A stretch of 64,000 nucleotides of DNA from NCBI GenBank assembly GCA_016906335.1, contig JADEYG010000012.1, positions 992,001-1,056,000 on the forward strand, given 5' to 3'. Below are positions 38,811-48,522 of the stretch, in pieces (positions within the stretch are counted from its first letter, which is position 1; each line of letters opens with the position of its first letter). This stretch comes from Novakomyces olei (lineage: Eukaryota). A model generated the notes under the pieces. It did not search any database. It was given only the letters and a program-made list of their open reading frames with translations, and was not told the DNA's origin. The position numbers and the translations under genes are program-made.

Positions 38811-40091
38811 CTAAATAAACTTCATAGCACGAGCCTCCACAAGCATTTGACCCTGTTCGTCTGTAGGGACAATGAGAACACGGCATACAGAGTCGGAGTG
38901 AGAAATATCACAGATACCGGTATCCTTCTTACGTGGAGACTTGTTGAGTTCTTTGTCAATAGCGACACCGACCACACTCAATTCGTGGCTTACACGTTCA
39001 CGCACAAGAGCAGCTCGCTCACCGAGTCCACCAGAAAATGTAATTGCATCAATTTTGTTAGCTCCGCCTAGCTTGAACCAATAACTGCCGACAAAGTTTA
39101 TAATACGATCAACAAGAATGTCAATTGCTAATTGGCATAATTTGTCTCCAGATTCTGCTCGCTTTGTAATGTCACCAAAATCAGTGGTTCCAGTAAGCGA
39201 TTTCCAGCCTGATTGTTTGTTTAGAATCTCTTCCGCCTCTGTTATATGCACTTCCTTTGTAGAAGAAGCCGACATACGAGAAGCGTTGCTGGTCATGTGG
39301 AAAATAAGACTGGGGTCCACTCCACCCGATCGAGTGGCACCAGGAAGACCCTCCAAAGGTGTCAGTCCCATAGAAGTATCAAACGATTTCCCGTTTTTAA
39401 TAGCGCACACTGAAGCACCAGATCCAAGGTGGAGTGCAATGATGTTTAGCTGCGAAGGATCCTTCTTGAAAAAAGCCGAAGTCTGATCCACGATAGAGGC
39501 GTAAGAAAGACCATGAAACCCGTACTTTCGCAGGTAACGGGTCCAGGTGCGTTTGGGCTCAACGGGATAAGTGTAGATGTGTCGCGGTATAGATCGAAGA
39601 TGGAAGCAAGTATCGAAGAACGCATAACTTTTAGTGCGCGGAAGTACGGCCTGGCACGCATTCACAATAGCGAGTGCTCCGTGATTATGTAAAGGTGCAA
39701 GATCGGAAAGTTCATCCAGCTTTGAGTAAGTGTCCTTTGTGATCTCTATTGGCTTGGGAAAAGTACCGCCATGGACAACTCGATGGAAAGCAAAAGCAAT
39801 CGACTCTCGCTTGTTAAGGAGCCGGCTCTTATGGGTCACATGGTGCACAAAGTATTCAAATGCTTCAATTGGGCCCTTAATTTTATCACTGTCCAAATCC
39901 TCATCGACATTAGACTCGCGCTCATGGGTTTCGGGATTGTAAATTACTGAAGTGTAATGCTTCTTTGATGCCGTAAGTCCCTCGACAGAAGATTGCGCCA
40001 ATACGGTATGCCCATCTAACGTAAAGACTGTGATTTTAACGGACGAGCTTCCAGCATTGATTGCTAATAAAGCCTTTTGTTCCTGAGCCAT
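38811..40091 (-). CDS. ACK: Acetate kinase, intronless
   Basis: AINAGSSSVK, HRVVHGG, LAPLHN, FDTCFH, RKYGFHGLSY, HLGSGASVCAI, DTSMGLTPLEGL, TRSG..DP, FSGGLGE, PTDE. Confidence 0.96.
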   Translation of the reverse strand: MAQEQKALLAINAGSSSVKITVFTLDGHTVLAQSSVEGLTASKKHYTSVIYNPETHERESNVDEDLDSDKIKGPIEAFEYFVHHVTHKSRLLNKRESIAFAFHRVVHGGTFPKPIEITKDTYSKLDELSDLAPLHNHGALAIVNACQAVLPRTKSYAFFDTCFHLRSIPRHIYTYPVEPKRTWTRYLRKYGFHGLSYASIVDQTSAFFKKDPSQLNIIALHLGSGASVCAIKNGKSFDTSMGLTPLEGLPGATRSGGVDPSLIFHMTSNASRMSASSTKEVHITEAEEILNKQSGWKSLTGTTDFGDITKRAESGDKLCQLAIDILVDRIINFVGSYWFKLGGANKIDAITFSGGLGERAALVRERVSHELSVVGVAIDKELNKSPRKKDTGICDISHSDSVCRVLIVPTDEQGQMLVEARAMKFI

Positions 40092-40524
40092 TCTTCCCTA
40101 AAGCCTATGGTAAACTTTGGCGAATGCTGGGCAAGCGAAGGTACGGGATCTGCAGCCGTGTAAATAACACGTGTCTTTATCGTCTGATCGGAGATTAGTA
40201 TATAGGAAGCGTTGGAACTGTATATTGTAATTATGACCGATTGCATGTTGCATTACATATACCATTCTACAATTATATCAAGGGAAGGAATAACAAGAAG
40301 ACATGGATCGTATCGTCGGGAGTATGACACAAATTTCTTGTCGCCATTGACACGTTACGCTATGGGCGGTATACTAAACAAAAAGTACTACACAAAAGTA
40401 GCACTGCACAAAAAGTATACTAAGCAGCAATAATAATAGCTTATTCTTATTATTGTAACATTTATTTTATAATAAATTATATATAAGCAATAATGCTACA
40501 ACAAGCACCAAGGGTACAAGTAAT

Positions 40525-40544
40525 AGGGTAGGGCAGAGTGACTG
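40525..40544 (+). promoter_or_regulatory. Homol-E-like (AGGGTAGGGC) plus Homol-D-like (AGTGACTG) ribosomal-protein promoter module
   Basis: Each differs by one base from S. pombe Homol-E (AGGGTAGGGT) and inverted Homol-D (TGTGACTG). They are adjacent and 65-85 nt upstream of the RPS8 ATG. Confidence 0.7.
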
Positions 40545-40609
40545 CTAACCACACCGGCAGAAAGAGTAAACGTCTGCGTTGGGCAAACGGTACACAACTA
40601 GCAATCACT

Positions 40610-41285
40610 ATGGGTACGTGAGCAAGGCTTCCTTTATTCAACTCACTAACATTGTAAAGGAATTACTCGTGATTCGCGCCACAAGCGTGCGGCCACTGGC
40701 GCTAAGCGTGCACAGTTTCGCAAGAAGAGAAAGTTCGAGCTCGGCCGCCAGCCAGCAAACACACGAATTGGTGCCAAACGTATCCATGAAGTCCGTGTAC
40801 GTGGAGGCAACCGCAAGTTCCGTGCTATGCGTCTAGACACAGGCAACTTCTCTTGGGGCTCTGAGGGTATCGCCAAAAAGACGCGTATTATCTCTGTAGC
40901 ATTCCACCCCTCCAACAACGAGTTGATCCGCACAAACACTCTGACTCGTTCATCTGTCGTGCAAATTGATGCTGCTCCCTTCCGTCAATATTACGAGGCT
41001 CATTACGGTCAGCCTGTGTCGAAGAAGGCAGCTGCCGCCGCTATCAAGTCTGGAAGTGCTGAAGCTAAGACTGCTGTTCCTCACTCCAAGCACGTAGAAG
41101 CAAAATTGGCGAGCCGTACAAAGGAGGCTAAATTGGAACCGGCTGTGGAGAATCAGTTCGTTAACGGCCGCTTGTACGCCATCCTCTCCTCTCGGCCAGG
41201 TCAATCAGGCCGCGCGGATGGATATATCCTTGAGGGCGCTGAGCTTGCTCATTACCTGCGCCAAATGAGTGCTCGTCGCTCATAG
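40610..41285 (+). CDS. RPS8: 40S ribosomal protein S8 (eS8). Exons 40610-40613, 40660-41285
   Basis: MGITRDSRHKRAATGAKRAQFRKKRKFELGRQPANTRIG...RLDTGNFSWGSE...SSRPGQSGRADGYILEG. Confidence 0.98.
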
Positions 41286-41929
41286 ATTATTGTCGCATTA
41301 CGAAATAAATTCATTCGAAACTAGTGCGTCTATCGAGTATGTCTCAATTAGTAGCCGTAGTTCAATTACTGGTAGATGGACAGTATATACGGGCTGTATG
41401 ACCATAAAGTATCATCTGACTCGTGGTATTGTCAAATTGATGTTTTGCCTAATGACTACAAAGTTTTAAAGGCGCCCTTGTCATATTATTTCGTGCGGAT
41501 AGTCTAATATTGCCTATACGCTATATAAATAAATTTGTATTCTTTACTGTTGTCCTCCTTTACTGAGTGTTTTGCAAGTTGTGAAAGTAATAATAGTGTA
41601 TAGGGCCGTAATCGTACAGGGAAACAGCGTATGAAAACAGCGTATTAAATCTCATAATAAGACTGACTGCGCATAAAATTAAGTAGACTTTTACTGTTAA
41701 TATCCTTTTTATTCCTCACTGGAACGGTTCGTCCTCTGTGTATTCGACAATTTTTCTCTATATATCTGTATATATTTTACGTAGAAAACTCACACAGTAT
41801 ACTCCACTATTATTATTAATTTTGTGGTGAAGAGCGCTACGCTCGCAGTGTTTATACAAAGTATTTATTCTTTATTCGCTGGTTGTTTTGGACAGGTCCA
41901 TTGGTCCTTTTTCCAGTCGGTTACAAATA

Positions 41930-44074
41930 ATGTCAGATCCTGAGCAACGCTCGGATGCCAATGAAGAGGCGATGGAAGTGGACGCGTCCGGGTCGGCAGA
42001 GCCCGTAGGTTCTCTGACCTCTGAGCGCGACGGCACTGGGAATACTGGCCACGATCAGGGCGGACCGCAGCAGCAGTCAAACAGCCAAGATCGCGATACA
42101 AGCAAGACTGAAGATGATGTAGAAGAGGAGGCAAAAGAGAAGCAAGAAGCTGGGACGGGCAAGGACCGGGAAAGTGCGGCTCTCGGATCTGCAAATACAG
42201 CAAATGGCCATAATAACAACAGCAATAATGGAGCCAACGTTGATTCCCAAACCGAGACTCCAGCTGCCTCTGGAAATGGTGTCGAGGATACTCGCAAGGA
42301 GCCACAAGAGCCAATGGATGAACGGCAAAAGTTGGAGAGCGCTGCACGGTCTTTTTTGGTAGAGCAAGCACATCCTGTTATCATTCCCTCTTACGCGGCC
42401 TGGTTTGAAATGCCCGCCATTCATGATATCGAGAAGCGGTCAAATCCCGAATTCTTCAATGGCCGTAACAGGTCCAAGACTCCTACTGTGTACCGCGACT
42501 ATAGGGATTTCATGATAAATACTTACCGGCTTAACCCGACAGAGTACCTTACAGTCACGGCTTGCAGGCGCAATTTAGCGGGCGATGTATGTGCTGTTAT
42601 GCGTGTTCACTCTTTCCTCGAGCAATGGGGCCTCATTAACTACCAAGTTGACCCAGAGACACGTCCTAGTCCTATCGGCCCTCCTTTTACGGGTCACTTC
42701 CAAGTGATTGCTGATACTCCACGCGGCCTGCAGCCTTTCCAGCCCTCACCAAATTTGCCTGTCACAGCTTCAGGCGATTCTAAGCCTCAGCCACAGCCAC
42801 AGCCACAACCAGTAGCGCCTCTCAATCTGGATATAAGGCAAAGCGTTTACGATGCTGAGCAGAAAAGGCTGGTCCCGGAAAGTAATAACGCTCAGGATAA
42901 ATCAGTGGCGAACAAGTATCAATGTTTTTCTTGTGGAAATGATACGTCTCAGGAACGGTACCACTCTATCAAATCACGGAATGTTGATCTTTGTCCCGCC
43001 TGTTTTGAGCAAGGCCGGTTCCCAAGCCATGCTCAGTCGGGCGACTTTGTCAAATTCGGTGCCTCGGTAGCTAAAGGAGAAGAAAGTGGCTGGAGCAACC
43101 AGGAGACTTTGGCCTTGTTGGAGGGCCTGGAAATGTATGATGAAGACTGGGAAAAAATTGCAAAGCATGTAGGCACACGTTCTCGTGAACAATGCATTTT
43201 ACACTTTTTACAGTTGCCGATCCAGGATGCTTACGTGACTCCGCCATCGCTGTCGCAAACTGGTGCAAGCAACCCTATACTGGATCGATACACGGGCACC
43301 CGTCTGCCTTACTCTCAAGCAGACAATCCTGTGCTCAGTGTGGTCGCTTTCCTGGCCAGTATGGTTGATCCTAAGATAGCTGCTGCTGCTGCCCAATCCT
43401 CCACTGAGGAATTGATGGACAGACTGCGACAACGATTAGATTCTAAAGGTGAAAGGACAGAGGTGTCAGAGGTTAATACTAGTACTACCAGATCTGATAT
43501 TAAACGGGAAGAATCAGAGTCCTCTACGCCCAGAGCCATGAGCAGTAACGGTGGGGGAGGCAGCAGTACCGATCCGATCAAAACAGCGGCTACTGTTGCG
43601 CTGGGAGCGGCTGCTGCAAAAGCAGGCCTTTTGGCCTCGTATGAGGAACGGACTATAATTAATCTTGTTTCCGCTGCTGTACAAGCACAATTGAAAAAAA
43701 TGGATTTAAAAATGGAGCAATTTAACAAGCTAGAGACAGTATTAGAACAGGAAAGGCAGCAATTGGAACGGCAGAGGCAGGATGTGTATCTGCAAAAATT
43801 AGCGGCTAAAATGCAGATATGCGAGGCACGTGAAAAGATCCAGCAAGCGCTTGATCGGGCGTCAGCTGCTGCTGCCGCCGCTGCTGCTTCTACAGTTTCT
43901 GCTGATGAAACAGTGAAATCGCACGAGGAAGCCCTTCATCTAGTCGATTCTGCAGAGACTGATCTGATTGCTCCAGTGAAGTATAATGTGGAGCCCGCAG
44001 AGGGTCAGAGTTCGGAGGCTGTTATACCGCCTAGTGAAGCCAGGCCTGATCAGTTTACGATCCAGGAAATATAG
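41930..44074 (+). CDS. RSC8: SWI/SNF-RSC subunit Ssr2/Rsc8 (SMARCC family)
   Basis: SWIRM domain (IIPSYAAWF..YRDFMINTYRLNP..ACRRNLAGDVC..FLEQWGLINYQ), ZZ finger (CFSCG..LCPACF), SANT domain (WSNQETLALLEGLE), C-terminal coiled coil. Confidence 0.93.
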   Translation: MSDPEQRSDANEEAMEVDASGSAEPVGSLTSERDGTGNTGHDQGGPQQQSNSQDRDTSKTEDDVEEEAKEKQEAGTGKDRESAALGSANTANGHNNNSNNGANVDSQTETPAASGNGVEDTRKEPQEPMDERQKLESAARSFLVEQAHPVIIPSYAAWFEMPAIHDIEKRSNPEFFNGRNRSKTPTVYRDYRDFMINTYRLNPTEYLTVTACRRNLAGDVCAVMRVHSFLEQWGLINYQVDPETRPSPIGPPFTGHFQVIADTPRGLQPFQPSPNLPVTASGDSKPQPQPQPQPVAPLNLDIRQSVYDAEQKRLVPESNNAQDKSVANKYQCFSCGNDTSQERYHSIKSRNVDLCPACFEQGRFPSHAQSGDFVKFGASVAKGEESGWSNQETLALLEGLEMYDEDWEKIAKHVGTRSREQCILHFLQLPIQDAYVTPPSLSQTGASNPILDRYTGTRLPYSQADNPVLSVVAFLASMVDPKIAAAAAQSSTEELMDRLRQRLDSKGERTEVSEVNTSTTRSDIKREESESSTPRAMSSNGGGGSSTDPIKTAATVALGAAAAKAGLLASYEERTIINLVSAAVQAQLKKMDLKMEQFNKLETVLEQERQQLERQRQDVYLQKLAAKMQICEAREKIQQALDRASAAAAAAAASTVSADETVKSHEEALHLVDSAETDLIAPVKYNVEPAEGQSSEAVIPPSEARPDQFTIQEI

Positions 44075-44716
44075 AGCTTTGATACATATAAATTTGTTTA
44101 ATAATTGAATTACATTTGCGCATAAAGGATATACTCGAGAGGAGCAGGACACAGTTGTTGGCGTTGGAGGATAAGTATTCTTCAATTGCCTGCGTATTCG
44201 CAAACATGCGTTGGTGTCAATCAACTGATCGATCCTTTAATTAAGTTGTTACCGTGTAAAAAAATGACAAAGTAAATGATAAAGGGGGAGACTAGATGAA
44301 ACAAGAATAAAACATTTCAAAATCTAGATTATTTAGGTTTTTCAGGTATCTATATATTTGTAGGCATATTGATGTTAAATTGTTTTCATTGTTTTCACGA
44401 GGCAATGCCACAGGGAAGACCGGCGAACACAACACGTCACGCGTCCAGAGTGTTTAAATTTTATAGCAACCGAAAAGGAAGAGGGTCCCTCATAATAACA
44501 ATAAAAAAACCTAGATTCCTGAGTGTAGTTTTAAACACCATTTTGGCAATATTAAATGAGATAACCTGCTTTCTCTTCATAAAGAGAAATGTCTCTTATC
44601 AGCCAATTAGAATTGAATATCGAGCACTTTACGCTCGTTTGTTATCCAAGACACTGAAACATAAAGGAGAGTTTTATTTATTTATTTATTTTAATTATTC
44701 GAGTTTGCTTTCCAGG

Positions 44717-46486
44717 ATGATTCTGCGTTGTGCAGAATTGGATGGGCAAATCGACAATCAGCAATTTTTCAAACGCTATGTGGCAACGCGGACGCCTGTA
44801 ATTTTAAAAAAACCAAACCCTCACACAATTGATCCCGGCTGGAAAGGCGACCGCTGGCGAGATTTAAATTATTTGAAGCAGCGAGCTGGCGAGTGCCAAG
44901 TTCAAGTGGAGCCCTCGCAAAATGGGCAGTTTGGTACTGGAGCAGCACGGCAAGTAATGACCTTTGCCACATTTATCGACTCCTTATCGGACAGTGAATC
45001 TCTGTACCTGACGACTCAGTACGAAGACAATGACGTTGATACAGCACAGCAAGAGCCGGCGGACGAAGATGAACTTGTTCATATAAACGTGGCACAAGCA
45101 GCTTTCTCCTCACTCTGTCCGCCTCCTACTTCATACTTACTCGCAGACTTCAATGTGGCTCCACAGCTAATGGGTAACCTTTTGCCACAACAGGTTAATC
45201 TGTGGATCGGCCGATCACAGCAAGGTGCCTCGAGTGGTCTGCACCATGATCACCACGATAATTTGTACTGTCTTTTAAGCGGCAAGAAACGGTTTGTACT
45301 CTTTCCGCCTCAACAAGCACCTTTTCTACATTTGTACGGAAAGATTGCACGCATACATGCCAATGGGCAAATATCTTACTTTTCTGATGGTCGGGCAGAC
45401 GGTTTAACGGTTGAAGAGGCGCTTTTTCTACGGTTTAAATATATGGAAGAACGGTTTGATCGACTGCGTAAGCAATTAGTGCCAGAAGATGTACTGGAGG
45501 CTGCTGAAACCGATTTAGAATCGGCCATGCATGATATTTTAAAGCTTCAAGCTGGTATACTTGGACACGATCATGAAGTGGACGCTCATTTGGACGATGA
45601 GCAAGAGTCTGATGAATTGGATGGAGATGAGGAATTACTAGAATTGAAGGGAGTTCTACAATATGGAGAACAATATGGAGAATTACAAGAAGACGATGAA
45701 GAATTGGTGGAAGAATCAGAGCAAGATCAAGAAGATTTCGAGGCGAGAAATCAGGAAAAACGCTTCATGAACAAAGGCAGTCAAGGATCAAGAGGAACAT
45801 TATTTAGAGTTCATGAAGAATCATCTGACGATCAAGATGAGCAAATGGAATTGCCCAGTGAAAGAGACACATTAGCCGGACAAAGGCCGAATGAAAAGGA
45901 TGATTTATCATCTCAAAATGGCCCTTCTCCTCAGTCTGGATATTCCTCTCAGCCTGCTTCGGATTCGCCTTCAGTATCCTCTTTTTCAGACGAGAATCAG
46001 TCAGAAAAAAGCCAAGATCTTTACAACGTGGAAGCACTAGCAAAAGATGAGCAAGAACATCCGGGCTCCTTCTCGTCAATAGACGTAAAAGATCTTCATG
46101 AGTGGCTCTTCAAAGATGGCAAAGAAGCTGCCCATCGGCTCAAGGACATGGTAGAAAACGTTACTCCATATATTGTCGATTTGGAGCCGGGAGACGTTCT
46201 TTACCTCCCTAGTTCATGGTGCCATGAGGTCACTTCTATGTCTGGAGAAGATGATCCTGCTGTACATTTGGCCTTTAATTATTGGTTTCATCCACCCGAT
46301 GATCTTGAAGATTTTGCGAACCCATATGCGGACAAGCCGGCGTGGATCCATAAGCGAAAGGAGACTTATCGGGCAATCGATGAGCTGTACGCGCTGTTTT
46401 CCAAGGGTAAAAGAAAATCACATGAGAGTACGTATTTTGAATTTGCTGAGCGGCCGGTGGTGAAACGCCATCAAAGAGAGGATTAA
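44717..46486 (+). CDS. JmjC/cupin-8 2-oxoglutarate dioxygenase (S. pombe Jmj4-like); start uncertain
   Basis: FFKRYVATRTPV, YLTTQY, GNLLPQQVNLWIG..SSGLHHDHHDNLY..SGKKRF, and distal PGDVLYLPSSWCHEV..NYWF. The frame stays open upstream to 44369. Confidence 0.85.
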   Translation: MILRCAELDGQIDNQQFFKRYVATRTPVILKKPNPHTIDPGWKGDRWRDLNYLKQRAGECQVQVEPSQNGQFGTGAARQVMTFATFIDSLSDSESLYLTTQYEDNDVDTAQQEPADEDELVHINVAQAAFSSLCPPPTSYLLADFNVAPQLMGNLLPQQVNLWIGRSQQGASSGLHHDHHDNLYCLLSGKKRFVLFPPQQAPFLHLYGKIARIHANGQISYFSDGRADGLTVEEALFLRFKYMEERFDRLRKQLVPEDVLEAAETDLESAMHDILKLQAGILGHDHEVDAHLDDEQESDELDGDEELLELKGVLQYGEQYGELQEDDEELVEESEQDQEDFEARNQEKRFMNKGSQGSRGTLFRVHEESSDDQDEQMELPSERDTLAGQRPNEKDDLSSQNGPSPQSGYSSQPASDSPSVSSFSDENQSEKSQDLYNVEALAKDEQEHPGSFSSIDVKDLHEWLFKDGKEAAHRLKDMVENVTPYIVDLEPGDVLYLPSSWCHEVTSMSGEDDPAVHLAFNYWFHPPDDLEDFANPYADKPAWIHKRKETYRAIDELYALFSKGKRKSHESTYFEFAERPVVKRHQRED

Positions 46487-47014
46487 GGGGGAGGAAATTA
46501 GACAAGATCAGGGTTAACATATTAAAATGAATATATTTATGAGAATAATGATTGTATGCATTGTTTATTAACGGATTTCGAGTTTCACGATGGCTGGTCG
46601 GATAGAATGGGAGCTGGTGTTTGAAATTTAGGTTTTTTTTTTGCAAGTATCTGAAATTCATTCAAAGCGCTAGGAGGGGTATCAGACTGGTTTTAATAGG
46701 AATATGTTTATTATAACGAGCACTTTATACATCAAAAAATTTAGATTAGCGAGCGTGCTGCACAAGCAGCCAAAATAAAGAGCAAAATTAAATTAAATTA
46801 AATTAGATAGAATAGAGTAGGATAGAATAATAATTGATGAATTAAATTGAATTTACAGTATATAAATAGAGCATCGTACACTTCAATTTGCAAATCCTGA
46901 AAAAAGATTGTATTATAAATCACTTGATCAAATCTACTCTGCTAACTTGTTATTCCACATACTGTATCAATTGTTTTATTAAAGTTTTGTTTACGGTCAG
47001 ACACGGCGGTATCA

Positions 47015-48096
47015 CTAAGCTCGTGAGTTGACGATTTGGTGGACCAAAATATCTGAAGCCCCAGCATGCTCTAATTTGTCCATAACAAGAGCAGCTTCCT
47101 TGCGAAGTACCATAGCGCTGACAGCTACCCAATTCCCTTCTTCAAGCGGGCTCACAGTCGGAGCCCGGCGCCCTGGTGTGATATGCGAACAAGCCTTGAG
47201 CTGCTCCCGAGGGCAGTTGTAGCAGAGCAATAGATATTTCTGTGCAGTCACGTAACCACGAACGCGTCGAGTTATTAGCGGAATCATATCAGGTCGACGT
47301 GACTGCTTTGATCTGATAAGGACAGCCGTTGTTTCCATCAGAGTATCAATAGGGCGTAGACCAGCGGCCTTCATAGTTTCTCCAGACTCCACGAGGTCAA
47401 CAATTCCATCGGCCAGGCCAAGTGCACAAGCAGCTTCAACAGAACCAGAGACAAACTTTACTTTGGTAGGCGTAGCGACTGCATTGCCTTTGGCTGCCAA
47501 ATCTGCTTCCAATTTGCGGAAGAAACTGCCGACAAAGTCTTCAAACGAAGTGACCACGCGTTTCCCTATTAATTCATTCACGCTTTTAATGCTGCTCGCC
47601 TCTGGAACTTGAGCTTGCAATTTGCAAGAGCCAAAGCCCAGATCTAAAAGCTCTTCAATTTCAAGATCCGGGCTGGTTAATTTTGCTTCAACTACCGTGT
47701 CCTGCCCCGTGATACCGAGATCGACATTGCCCTCGGCCACGAACCTTGGAATATCCGCAGCAGGGAGGAAGACAAGGGCAATAGGCAGATTGTGTACGAG
47801 CGCAATATCTAATCGGCTGTGGCGGTGGAATTTTATATCGGACCCAGACAGTACCTCCAAGCACGACTGGTGCAGTCGTCCCTCTATAGCGTTTAGTAGA
47901 ACGAAAAAGGTACTCTAAAAGATTTAAATTGCGAAATAAAACAACGGCTGAAACAAGAGGCAGCAGAATACGAATAAACGCCCAGAAACAGAGGTTTGCA
48001 AATGAAATAAAGCAGTAAAAAAAGTAGCACAGGGAATTGCGTACTTTTGGGAATCGCAAATAGTAGGCGATTGTCGAGATGGTTGACGAGATCCAT
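47015..48096 (-). CDS. HIS1: ATP phosphoribosyltransferase. Exons 48096-48045, 47883-47015
   Basis: MDLVNHLDNRLLFAIPK-KGRL, FLPAADIPRFV, DLGITGQD, GSVEAACALGLADGIVDLVESGETM, ITPGRRAPTVS. Confidence 0.97.
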
Positions 48097-48348
48097 CGCT
48101 CGAGATTCAACACGTCTACAAAGATTATTATTATCAGATAATAATGGTTTTGATAAAGAAAAGTTTTGTGCTCGCAAACTCTCTACGCAAACTCTATTAG
48201 CAAACTCTATCGTAGCTTGTTATCGCCAGACAAGCAATTTTATTGTTTTACCAATTTTATGGTTTTACCAATTTTATTGTTGACCAATTATTTGATAATA
48301 AATTTTTTGTTTAGCCAATTTATCGTCGAGTCTGACATTAATAGGTAC

Positions 48349-48367
48349 ACGGGTACCCGTCCGCTTA
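48349..48367. repeat. ACGGGTACCCGTCCGCTTA, copy 2 of the dispersed palindromic element
   Basis: 19/19 identical to 10406-10424. Lies in the divergent HIS1/UTP22 intergenic region. Confidence 0.85.
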
Positions 48368-48522
48368 TTCAATATATATCACTTAGACAATGCGTAGACA
48401 TAAAATCATTGATGATATTGGTAATAATAAAATTATCGAGCAGCGAGCGACATATCAGAAATAGATAAAATAAAATATTAGAAAAAAGACCCACCCGCTC
48501 GAGGAGCAATGCATCTTTTGCC

